Origin: an uncultured Chthonomonas sp.
Lineage (GTDB): Bacteria > Armatimonadota > Fimbriimonadia > Fimbriimonadales > Fimbriimonadaceae
DNA length: 37,480 nucleotides
Reading direction: 5' to 3'
Assembly (NCBI GenBank): GCA_964627705.1
Contig: CAZVHE010000005.1
Span: 1-37,480 of the forward strand
In this document: piece after piece, positions 25,549-33,060 of the stretch
Layout: each line of letters begins with the position of its first letter
How positions within the stretch are numbered: the first letter of the stretch is position 1
The notes under the pieces: model-generated
The model's database searches: none
Told to the model about the DNA's origin: nothing
The model's input: the letters and a program-made list of their open reading frames with translations, nothing else
Translations under genes and position numbers: made by a program

Positions 25549-25968
25549 TCAGAATGGCAGGTCGTCGTCGGGTTTGGCCTGATCTTGTGCCACTCGCGCC
25601 ACTTGTGCCACGGTCTTGGCGGGAGCGGCCGGTTCGTCCAGCGGTTCGATTGAGATGGGTTCGAGGTAGGTCTCATAGATGGGCTTGCCCTGAGTGTCCA
25701 CCCGGTCCGTCTTGCCGTTGCGGATGCGGTAGGTCATGCGCAGGCGGGCGCCAGCCTTCTCCATCGGGCCAGCGTCGCCGGGCCAAGCCCAAGACTTCAC
25801 CGGGAACGATTCCTTGTAGCGTTCGCCCTGCGCCTCGACCACGGCGCGGAAACCGCCTTGGCCGAATGCCTTGGCCGGAAACTTCACGGCGCACGTCATC
25901 ACGCCGTAGTTCTCATCCTGCGGGGACGATTGCGGAGGCGTCGAGTTGGGGTGTCTGCTGTCGGTCAT
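25549..25968 (-). CDS. ssb: Divergent single-stranded DNA-binding protein
   Basis: C-terminal DDDLPF tail, beta-rich core, same arm as RecT/YqaJ; GAGGA RBS. Confidence 0.7.
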   Translation of the reverse strand: MTDSRHPNSTPPQSSPQDENYGVMTCAVKFPAKAFGQGGFRAVVEAQGERYKESFPVKSWAWPGDAGPMEKAGARLRMTYRIRNGKTDRVDTQGKPIYETYLEPISIEPLDEPAAPAKTVAQVARVAQDQAKPDDDLPF

Positions 25969-25987
25969 GGGTTCCTCGTGAGTGGAG

Positions 25988-26057
25988 TGGGGCCGGGCGG
26001 GACTCGAACCCGCGACCTAGCCGTCGCTATGCTCTAGCCAACTGAGCTACCGGCCCC
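25988..26057 (-). ncRNA. tRNA-like RNA lacking a normal anticodon loop
   Basis: GGGGCCGG TA GCTC AGTTGGCTA GAGC A TAGC-GACG-GCTA GGTC GCGGG TTCGAGT CCCGC CCGGCCCC A: canonical D and T arms, but the anticodon arm is only 4 bp with a 4 nt loop. Confidence 0.8.
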
Positions 26058-26130
26058 GTAGGTGCGTTACGCGTTTGTGCGGCCATCCCGAGCATTCGGC
26101 CCGCGTAACGCTGCTCGGCAACTCCCGAAA

Positions 26131-26159
26131 CCATATAGCACTTACGTCGCATTGACAGG
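26131..26159 (-). promoter_or_regulatory. Putative sigma70-type promoter for the structured leader, tRNA-like RNA and ssb
   Basis: Minus strand CTGTCA-N17-TATGGT. Confidence 0.4.
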
Positions 26160-26178
26160 CTTGGTCGGGAGAGATTGG

Positions 26179-26592
26179 TCAGCCGCTCGTCGGGCGGGCG
26201 GCCTGGATCGTCTTGAGGATCGTCAGCGTCGTCGCGGCAGCGGCAGGCCCCATTGCGCCAGCCAGCGGCCCAGTCCCGATGGCAGCAAGGCCGGCGATCG
26301 TGGTCCGCATGATCGTGCGACGCGTCTCTCGGGTGGCGTTCAGGATGGAGCGATGGGACTCGTGGATTTCTCCGACGGTCTTGAACGTCAACACCGGTTC
26401 GGCCACGTCGACGGGGATTGAGACATCCGTCGGGCCGGGCAGCGTCAGGTCGACCGGGGCCTCGTCTTCATTCAGGGCATCGGCGACCGTGCCGATGATG
26501 GCGGACAGTTCGCCTGCCTCGGATTCGGTCAGAGCCGGCTTGCCTTGGAGTTCGGTCAGGCGGCTGGACATACGGCGTGTGTTGATGCGCAT
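26179..26592 (-). CDS. Hypothetical protein with hydrophobic C-terminal segment
   Basis: ORF 6 nt downstream of the lipoprotein gene; TTIAGLAAIGTGPLAGAMGPAAAATTLTIL. Confidence 0.6.
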   Translation of the reverse strand: MRINTRRMSSRLTELQGKPALTESEAGELSAIIGTVADALNEDEAPVDLTLPGPTDVSIPVDVAEPVLTFKTVGEIHESHRSILNATRETRRTIMRTTIAGLAAIGTGPLAGAMGPAAAATTLTILKTIQAARPTSG

Positions 26593-26598
26593 TGGCGG

Positions 26599-27246
26599 TT
26601 AGCTCCCGGTGGGCGTGGTCGGCGTGGGCGTCGGCGTAGGGGCCGGCGTCGGTTCAGACTCGTGTTCCTCTTGCGCGTGCTCTTCCTCGGCTTCGGCGTC
26701 GGCTTCCGCCTTGGCGGCATCCTCGGCCAGCTTGGCCAGGCGCTCGGCTTCATCCTCATCGGCTTGGGCCTTGACTTCTTCCATCATAGAGATGGATGCG
26801 GGAAGCGCCTCGTCCCACAGCAGGTTGGCCGTGTATTCGGCCAGCTTGTTCTCGTCGTCGGCCATCTGGTTGAGCGTCTGGACGGCCGAACCGACCACGC
26901 GCATCTTGGACGAGATTCCGCCAAGGCGGCGGGCCTCGGCTTCGGCGCTGGCTTGGATGGCGGCCATGTCGAGTGCGAGGTTGTAGCCAAGCGTCGCGCC
27001 GGCTTCGGGGGTGGTGACCGTGTTCATGGCCTTATTGTATTCGGCCATCTTGGCGGCTTCAACTTCCTTGCGCTTGTCGTCGACAACGTAGCGCACGAGG
27101 GCGTCAACCTCGGCGGCGCTGGCTTGGGCTTGCACTTCGGCGAGAGTGGCGAGGCGCGTGCGTTCTTGGATGGCAGCCTTGGGGGTGCCGCATCCGAGGG
27201 CCAGCGCGCCGGCCAGGAGCAGCGGGGAGATGGCGAAGCGTGTCAC
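26599..27246 (-). CDS. Helical lipoprotein with acidic Pro/Thr tail
   Basis: GAAAGGA RBS, GTG start; signal peptide TRFAISPLLLAGALALG-C lipobox; PTPAPTPTPTPT C-terminus. Confidence 0.75.
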   Translation of the reverse strand: MTRFAISPLLLAGALALGCGTPKAAIQERTRLATLAEVQAQASAAEVDALVRYVVDDKRKEVEAAKMAEYNKAMNTVTTPEAGATLGYNLALDMAAIQASAEAEARRLGGISSKMRVVGSAVQTLNQMADDENKLAEYTANLLWDEALPASISMMEEVKAQADEDEAERLAKLAEDAAKAEADAEAEEEHAQEEHESEPTPAPTPTPTPTTPTGS

Positions 27247-27310
27247 GGGTGATCCTTTCATTGGGAGAGGGTGGTCAGGCCGGCGTGGAGTGATAGTAGT
27301 TGGTCGCGGT

Positions 27311-27541
27311 TCATGCCATCGCTCTTTCTAGCGCCTTCGCGCGGCGCTTGCGGTTCCACGTCTTCACCGCCTTGTCGACCTTGCGCAGCGTCTCCTGCTT
27401 GGGGTTCTCGAACTTGCCGGCTTGGATGCGCGATATGGTGCTCGGCTCCACGCCGGCCAGGTCCGCCAGTTCACGCAGGCTGGCGTCGCACTCGGCAACT
27501 CGCTGGGCTAGGGCTTTCGGGTTGATCCATTTGCTGTTCAT
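27311..27541 (-). CDS. XRE-family HTH regulator (repressor/Cro-like)
   Basis: SLRELADLAGVEPSTISRIQAGKFENPKQETLRKV; GGAGG RBS. Confidence 0.9.
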   Translation of the reverse strand: MNSKWINPKALAQRVAECDASLRELADLAGVEPSTISRIQAGKFENPKQETLRKVDKAVKTWNRKRRAKALERAMA

Positions 27542-27569
27542 GTCGGCCTCCGCCGCCATCGTTGCCGTT

Positions 27570-27586
27570 GTTGCGCTGGGCGCAAG
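27570..27586. promoter_or_regulatory. Operator palindrome upstream of the XRE gene
   Basis: GTTGCG CTGGG CGCAAG (1 mismatch). Confidence 0.6.
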
Positions 27587-27600
27587 TGGAATGTGGGTGC

Positions 27601-28374
27601 TCACTTGCCCTCAGCAGCAGGCGCAATCCCCAGCGCCGCCTTCGTGCCGGCGTTGCCCAGGCGAGGGGCTTCCTCCACGGGCGCCGCGTCCACGATGTCC
27701 TCCAACTCGTCAACAGTGCGGAATCCCATCGTCACGTCCGGCGCGTACAGGCGCCCGAAGAACGTGGCCGAACGGTAGCGCAGCATCATGTCGGGGATCG
27801 TCAGCCACTTGCTTCCGCCCTTCTTGGTCCAGCCCTCGGCCTCCGCCACGGCCATCGAACATTCGGCTTCGACGCGCTCCCCGTTGCTGCGAAGGTACGC
27901 GTAGCACACAGCCTTGCGGTCCTTGCCCGTCCCGCTCAACTCCCATTGCAGCGGGCCGGTGAATCGACCGCTGGCGTTGATCAGCGCGATGGTAAGGGTC
28001 GCCTCGATGCCAGGCTTGCCCTGCACAACGTAGCTGCGTTGCATGAACGCCATCGGGTCGACGCGCATGCGGTATGCGGATTGCAGGGCGATGAACACGT
28101 CGGCCAGCTTGTTGCGGTAGTGGGCGGGCACCAAATCCGATTGGCTCATCAGCTTGGCCGCGCGCTGGAACTGGTCGAACATGGACGGGTTGATGTAGCC
28201 CGCCATCGGGTGGTCGCTGTCGACAATCAGCACCGCATCATTCTTCTTGGTGGCGATGGCCTCGCTAGCCGGGATGGTCTGAACGCTGACCACGGGCACG
28301 GCGGGCGCGGTCGTCTCGACGGGCGGTTGCGGGTCCAACAGGCTGGGTTGTGTGGCGGTCTTCGGTGCTTCCAT
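27601..28374 (-). CDS. recT: RecT/Red-beta-like single-strand annealing protein
   Basis: SDLVPAHY, YVVQGKP, GSKWLTIPDMMLRYRSATFFGRLYAPDV motifs; next to YqaJ. Confidence 0.82.
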   Translation of the reverse strand: MEAPKTATQPSLLDPQPPVETTAPAVPVVSVQTIPASEAIATKKNDAVLIVDSDHPMAGYINPSMFDQFQRAAKLMSQSDLVPAHYRNKLADVFIALQSAYRMRVDPMAFMQRSYVVQGKPGIEATLTIALINASGRFTGPLQWELSGTGKDRKAVCYAYLRSNGERVEAECSMAVAEAEGWTKKGGSKWLTIPDMMLRYRSATFFGRLYAPDVTMGFRTVDELEDIVDAAPVEEAPRLGNAGTKAALGIAPAAEGK

Positions 28375-28398
28375 GTGCGGGCCCTCCTTGGGAGCGGG

Positions 28399-28590
28399 TC
28401 AGGGGTTGGCGGCCTTGGCTACGGCCTTCATGTCAACGTTCGCGCACCAGTCCCCGCCAATACTGAACACCTCGACAAGCCCGGGGTTATCTTGAATGGC
28501 GATGCGCATTTCTGCGGGAAGCGGCGCCGCGATTTGCTCGCGAATCCACTCCGCGATTTCAGCCTCGGTAATCGTGACTTGGTGTCGCAT
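28399..28590 (-). CDS. Hypothetical protein
   Basis: AAAGGAG RBS before ATG 28590. Confidence 0.6.
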   Translation of the reverse strand: MRHQVTITEAEIAEWIREQIAAPLPAEMRIAIQDNPGLVEVFSIGGDWCANVDMKAVAKAANP

Positions 28591-28628
28591 AACATCTCCT
28601 TTCGTTGGGTGGCCGAACGTCCGTCGCT

Positions 28629-28645
28629 GTTGCGTCCGGGGCAAC
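28629..28645. promoter_or_regulatory. Operator palindrome
   Basis: GTTGCG TCCGG GGCAAC (1 mismatch), intergenic. Confidence 0.6.
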
Positions 28646-28650
28646 ACAAA

Positions 28651-29610
28651 TCAGCCAAGTCCCTTCGGCCTTTTTACGATGCCCAGCTTGGGCGACGTAG
28701 TGACCCGCGTGCATTCCTCGGCAACGTCCGGGTGCCGCTTGCGCAGTTCTTCGGTGTCGATCCGGCGCGCGCTGACCGACTGGACGCGGATGATCTTGCC
28801 ATCGCCCCACGGCGCCCACTCCGCGTCGCCCATCGCCTGCATGACGCGCGCCTTGGCCGTTTCCTCAGCCTTCTCGACCGCCAGGCGTTGCTCGCGGATG
28901 GCGTCCCATTCCGCCACCGCTGCTCGGCCCGCGTCGTCAAGGTCGATCCGCTTGCCGGTGATGCGGCAGACCCGCTTGAGCAGGTACAACGGCGCGGTCT
29001 CGCCACCTTCGGGGGGCACGCCAGCCTCGACGTGCTCGCGCCAGAACGCATGGCACCGGGTCACGATGGCGCCGATGATGTCCTCATCTCGGTCGATCCG
29101 GTAGCGGCGGATTTCGCTGCTGCGCCAGCTTGGTACTAGGCAATAGACCCACACGAGGTCGAGCCCTGCGCAATACATCTGCGCTTGGCATTGCAAGACA
29201 TAGGGCAACGGGATTTCGTCGCTATCCGCGTCGCCCCAATCCTCAAACTTTCCCGGCGACTTGGCTTCAACCCCTTGCTTTGTCCCGACAAGCAAGCCGT
29301 CCAGTGTCGCCCGAAGGATGCCACACGGGCCGATGGCGACGTGCTGGTGGTCAATCGTGTATTCGGGGAAGTCGTCTTGGGCCTTTCGCATCAATCCGTA
29401 TTCCAAGTAGTCGCCGCGCTCTTGGGGTTTCGTGGGCTTGTATTCCTCCGGCGCCAGTTCCCCCAGCAGGTCGGGCCGCTTGCGCCAGAAAACCGTCGCG
29501 GCGGTCTCGGGCGTGCCATCCCGGCGGAACGGCGACAGTCCCATGATCGCGGCGACTTCCGATGCGCCGATGTAGTTCCGGCGGGTTGCGAGGTCAGCGG
29601 GTGTCAGCAT
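28651..29610 (-). CDS. YqaJ/lambda-exonuclease-like viral recombinase nuclease
   Basis: RRNYIGASEVAAIMGLSPF, ATLDG, VEAKS, YVLQCQAQM motifs. Confidence 0.92.
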   Translation of the reverse strand: MLTPADLATRRNYIGASEVAAIMGLSPFRRDGTPETAATVFWRKRPDLLGELAPEEYKPTKPQERGDYLEYGLMRKAQDDFPEYTIDHQHVAIGPCGILRATLDGLLVGTKQGVEAKSPGKFEDWGDADSDEIPLPYVLQCQAQMYCAGLDLVWVYCLVPSWRSSEIRRYRIDRDEDIIGAIVTRCHAFWREHVEAGVPPEGGETAPLYLLKRVCRITGKRIDLDDAGRAAVAEWDAIREQRLAVEKAEETAKARVMQAMGDAEWAPWGDGKIIRVQSVSARRIDTEELRKRHPDVAEECTRVTTSPKLGIVKRPKGLG

Positions 29611-29812
29611 TGGGGGCCCCCTTGGCCTTGGCGATGGCGCGTTCCAACAAGTCGCGCGATTCGCGGTGCAACGTGCTGTGCATGTGCTCTAGCGCCGACT
29701 CGCACGCGGCCAGCAGCAATGGCACCGGGTCCGGGTTCAAGCGCTCGTCGCCATCGTTGCGCACGCTGTTGAAAACGTGCCCGATCAGGTCATTGAAGAT
29801 GTCGCAGCCCAT
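29594..29812 (-). CDS. Hypothetical protein
   Basis: GGAGG RBS; PLLLAACESAL...RAIAKAKG motif common in small phage ORFs. Confidence 0.6.
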   Translation of the reverse strand: MGCDIFNDLIGHVFNSVRNDGDERLNPDPVPLLLAACESALEHMHSTLHRESRDLLERAIAKAKGAPNADTR

Positions 29813-29870
29813 TGCGCGCCTCCGGGTGTGGGATTGGGGCCGCGTGGGCGGCCCCGAGTAGCGTGTTGAA

Positions 29871-30134
29871 TTAGTGCAGGTCTAGCGATGCCCCATTATA
29901 CTGGGCGATGGCGGCACAGGCGGCAAGGCGCGCACTGGCGGAAACTTCGGAGGCTTCCAGCGCCGCGTAATAGACCTTGCTGGCGTTTTCGATGGCTTCT
30001 GCTTCGGCGTTGGCGCGGATCAACCGCTGCCATGCGGCATAGGCCAAACCCAACACTTTCTTGCTGGCTTCGTTTGCGTCATGCGTCGCCATCGCTGCGG
30101 CCTCGAACGGGGTGGGGGTTTGGTTGGCAGCCAT
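29871..30134 (-). CDS. Hypothetical Ala-rich protein
   Basis: GGAG RBS; first gene after the operator/promoter at 30202. Confidence 0.55.
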   Translation of the reverse strand: MAANQTPTPFEAAAMATHDANEASKKVLGLAYAAWQRLIRANAEAEAIENASKVYYAALEASEVSASARLAACAAIAQYNGASLDLH

Positions 30135-30201
30135 TGGAGCGTCTCCGGTCTGGCAGTGCGCGGTGCGTCTCGTCGCGCTGGTGAGGTGACAGTGCTTAGC
30201 C

Positions 30202-30218
30202 GTTGCGTGCGGCGCAAC
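30202..30218. promoter_or_regulatory. Perfect operator palindrome in the divergent intergenic region
   Basis: GTTGCG TGCGG CGCAAC. Confidence 0.65.
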
Positions 30219-30301
30219 AGAAATCGACACGGCGCCCACGATTTTTTCGGCGCCCTTGACATGGGACGGTTGCCCCTATCCGGTACGCTGGCGAGGTAGG
30301 C

Positions 30302-30658
30302 ATGAGGATCAAGATTCCCAAGTCGCTCCGCATTCACGGTCTGCGCATCCGCGTGGTCCCGATGGCTGGCCCGTCCGACGCCTGGGGCTGGTACGTCGAC
30401 GGCGAATCAACCATCTACCTATGCACCGAGCGCGACGGCAAGCCGGTCGAGCCGGCCATGATCGCCGCCACCTATATCCACGAGTTGACGCACGCGGCCT
30501 TGACCCGCGCTGGCTACCCCGAGCTATCGGCCAACGAGTCCTTCGTGGCCGGGTTCTCCGCTGCGCTGCACCAAGCCCTGACCGATTGCCGGGGCGATTT
30601 CGCCCGCAACCCCGGGCCTGCCGAGGCCCCAGCTTTGGGAGACGAAACCGATGGCTAG
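30302..30658 (+). CDS. Small zincin-like HEXXH protein
   Basis: GWY....TIYL...TYIHELTHAAL; GAGG RBS. Confidence 0.75.
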   Translation: MRIKIPKSLRIHGLRIRVVPMAGPSDAWGWYVDGESTIYLCTERDGKPVEPAMIAATYIHELTHAALTRAGYPELSANESFVAGFSAALHQALTDCRGDFARNPGPAEAPALGDETDG

Positions 30659-31505
30659 GCTCGCGCGCGTGCTACTGATGGGCGACACCCATTGCGGCCA
30701 CTTGACCGGGCTAACGCCGCCGGGCTGGCAGTCGCCATCGCACCGTGGCGCCGATTTCCGCGAGCGCACTTGGGATTGGTTCGCCAGCACCATCGAGCAA
30801 TACAAGCCCTTCGACGTGGTGATTGCCAACGGCGACTTGATCGACGGCGACGGCCGCAAGTCGGGCGCTTCGGAGTTGCTGCACGTCGACCGATCCGACC
30901 AGTCGGCAATGGCCGCCGACATCCTCGACGCCATCGGTTGCCGGCGCGTGTTCGCTACCTACGGAACGGCGTACCACACCGGCGCGGTGGAGGACTGGGA
31001 AGAGCACGTTGCGAAAGACCTGCGGGCGCGCGGGTACGCGGTCACTCTCGACGGTGAGCTTGACGTGCGGATCGCCGGCGTGACGTTCAACCTCAAGCAC
31101 CACGCCAGCGGCTCAATCATCCCACACGGGCTGGCCACACCGATCTTGCGCGATGCCTTGTGGGACGTGCTCCGGGCGGCCGACGGGCTCAAGGCTCGCG
31201 CCGATGTCGTTGTGCGCTCCCACGTCCACCGATTCGTTCGCGTGACCACCTCGGGCGTGTGCGCGATGATCCTGCCATGTCTTGAGGGACCGAGCAAGTA
31301 CGGCCGGCGCTGCACCGGCCTGACCGACTACGGCTTTGTTGTGGCCGACATTCACGCGGGGAAGACGATCCAATGGCACGACGAGTTGATTCCGGTGGCA
31401 AGCGAGCGCAAGAAGACGCACGAGGTGGTGCTATCCAGCTCAGCTGGCAGCGGGCCCTCCGCGAGCTTGAAGAGCAGCGCGCGAAAGTCCCGGATGGCTA
31501 CGTGA
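30651..31505 (+). CDS. Calcineurin-like metallophosphoesterase
   Basis: GDTHCG, NGDLIDG, GTAYH, KHH, RSHVH metal-binding motifs. Confidence 0.88.
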   Translation: MARLARVLLMGDTHCGHLTGLTPPGWQSPSHRGADFRERTWDWFASTIEQYKPFDVVIANGDLIDGDGRKSGASELLHVDRSDQSAMAADILDAIGCRRVFATYGTAYHTGAVEDWEEHVAKDLRARGYAVTLDGELDVRIAGVTFNLKHHASGSIIPHGLATPILRDALWDVLRAADGLKARADVVVRSHVHRFVRVTTSGVCAMILPCLEGPSKYGRRCTGLTDYGFVVADIHAGKTIQWHDELIPVASERKKTHEVVLSSSAGSGPSASLKSSARKSRMAT

Positions 31506-31651
31506 CAGCGGACGACATCGCCAAGAAGCTCGGGCGCAACCCGTGCAACATGCGCCAGACGCTCAAGGCGCTGCGTGAAGCTGGCAAGATCGAGGCCCGC
31601 CGCGTGGTGGTCGACGGGCGCCCGCTGTGGGTGTATCGGGATGAGGGCTAG
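31373..31651 (+). CDS. Winged-helix DNA-binding protein
   Basis: VTADDIAKKLGRNPCNMRQTLKALREAGKIEARR; start uncertain because it overlaps the phosphoesterase. Confidence 0.65.
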   Translation: MARRVDSGGKRAQEDARGGAIQLSWQRALRELEEQRAKVPDGYVTADDIAKKLGRNPCNMRQTLKALREAGKIEARRVVVDGRPLWVYRDEG

Positions 31652-31821
31652 CGCAGCTCCCGCCATTTGTCGACGAGCGCGCCGCACCCATACCAAAACA
31701 GATAGGTCAGAAACGCGCCAAGCCAGGCCGGCAGCACCTCGACGGTCGACAGCACGAACGTGACGCACCCGGCGACGTTTAGCGCCAGTGCGCCGACCAG
31801 CAACCAGTGATGCGACTTCAT
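31648..31821 (-). CDS. 57-aa two-TM membrane protein (not in the ORF track)
   Basis: MKSHHWLLVGALALNVAGCVTFVLSTVEVLPAWLGAFLTYLFWYGCGALVDKWRELR; GGGGAG RBS; ATGA coupling to the upstream gene. Confidence 0.6.
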   Translation of the reverse strand: MKSHHWLLVGALALNVAGCVTFVLSTVEVLPAWLGAFLTYLFWYGCGALVDKWRELR

Positions 31822-32087
31822 TGGTCTCCCCTTTCGTCATTCAGCTTTTCCAGCCGCCGGCGTGTGCGCTCAAGGTCGCCTGGCCGGCCGGGGATGAGGG
31901 CAGCGGCGACTTCCTTCGTGACCGCCACATAGCGAAACGGCCCGAAATCCAGCAGCAGGTCAGTGTCAAACCATCCCATTCGATTGGGCTTCGACGTAAC
32001 CACGGCGCGCCACAACACCTCCTCGCCGTTCCTGCTGGCCCCTTGCAAGATGCGCAACCACACGCGCGTGCCGATTGGGTAGGTCAT
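31818..32087 (-). CDS. Hypothetical protein (SH3/KOW-like start)
   Basis: YPIGTRVWL; AAGGAGG RBS; ATGA coupling. Confidence 0.55.
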   Translation of the reverse strand: MTYPIGTRVWLRILQGASRNGEEVLWRAVVTSKPNRMGWFDTDLLLDFGPFRYVAVTKEVAAALIPGRPGDLERTRRRLEKLNDERGDQ

Positions 32088-32269
32088 GCTCCCACCTCCT
32101 TCAAGAATCTCTTGCGGTCCATCCGTGCCTTCCTCCCGTCTACGGTGAAGTGCACAACCCACGTCCAGCGGCCTTGCTCAATCGCCACCACAACGGCCAC
32201 CGTGTCGCCCCACTGGTAGCGCGTGCCGGGCGCTGGGGTGGCGGGGAACGGCGGGACGTGGTGGATCAT
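32084..32269 (-). CDS. Hypothetical protein
   Basis: ATGA couplings at both ends. Confidence 0.5.
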   Translation of the reverse strand: MIHHVPPFPATPAPGTRYQWGDTVAVVVAIEQGRWTWVVHFTVDGRKARMDRKRFLKEVGA

Positions 32270-33018
32270 GGTTGGCCCCATTGGGCGGCCATAGCGTCAG
32301 CAATGCCTTGGTATGTGACAGACCTGAGCATCCAACGGTTGGGGCTTGGCGATAGACTGTTTTGCCCGTTCTTAGTTTGGTTCGCCCTTCGCGCCGCCCG
32401 GCCACCCGGCAGAACGTCCGATGGGGCAAGGTGTGGCAAACCTTTGAGCCAAAGACACGTCGACTTGCTGGCGTCGTGCCCAAACTGCCACGGCTGAATG
32501 ATCTGGTCGGGCTTGCGCCATTGGCTCGACAGCGCTCCGATTGGGTTCTCGATGGCAATGCGTGGGCATGAGGCGTCTGCAATCATGCGGACGAACGCCA
32601 CAGCGTCTCTCCTGGCCTGCCTGCGCGCCTCACCAACCAGTGTCTCTGGCTTCACATTCTGATGATATGGCCCATCTCCATAAGCCCACTCAGCCGAAAC
32701 TGTCAGATAGGTGCATGGTGGGTGCGCTATGATCAGATCCCAATGCGGAGAGTCGATGGGGCGAGCAAACAGGGTGTTGTTTATCTCTCGGTACTCCACA
32801 TCATCCTGAGTAGGGCCAAGGCACTTACATTCACCTGGGTCGCACTCAGCCGCAAACTGCACTGGAACCCAACCATCAAGTATGTGCGCAACATCGCCCT
32901 GATAGTGAAGACCCGGCCTCTCAGTCGGCAACAGGTCACAAGACCAGGCATCATGGCCACGGGCCGCGAAGGCGTCACGGACAACGCCGCTGAACTCACA
33001 CGCTACAAGGACTCTCAT
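32266..33018 (-). CDS. Phage DNA cytosine-5 methyltransferase-like protein
   Basis: MRVLVACEFSG (motif I variant), WDLIIAHPPCTYL (motif IV), IAIENP (motif VI), RSVTYQGIADAMAAQWG. Confidence 0.85.
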   Translation of the reverse strand: MRVLVACEFSGVVRDAFAARGHDAWSCDLLPTERPGLHYQGDVAHILDGWVPVQFAAECDPGECKCLGPTQDDVEYREINNTLFARPIDSPHWDLIIAHPPCTYLTVSAEWAYGDGPYHQNVKPETLVGEARRQARRDAVAFVRMIADASCPRIAIENPIGALSSQWRKPDQIIQPWQFGHDASKSTCLWLKGLPHLAPSDVLPGGRAARRANQTKNGQNSLSPSPNRWMLRSVTYQGIADAMAAQWGQP

Positions 33019-33060
33019 GGCTTTGCTTCTCCCGCAATCACGGCGTCGATGAAGGTCTTG

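Noticed and set aside
25988-26057. tmRNA or intron-split tRNA
   Set aside because: It has a full D stem (absent in tmRNA), no tag reading frame, and no intron or second half was found in the window.
26064-26120. HDV-like/theta or hammerhead ribozyme next to the tRNA-like element
   Set aside because: It lies 5' rather than 3' of the tRNA-like RNA; no P3/L3 core, G-U at P1 or CUGANGA/GAAA core could be fitted.
29836-29855. GGGGCCGC-GTGG-GCGGCCCC hairpin as a terminator
   Set aside because: The stem is real but has no U tract on either strand; its function cannot be assigned.
30256-30289. Canonical sigma70 promoter for the HEXXH/phosphoesterase island
   Set aside because: TTGACA is present, but the best -10 candidates lie at 15 or 22 nt spacing, so it is not called as a feature.
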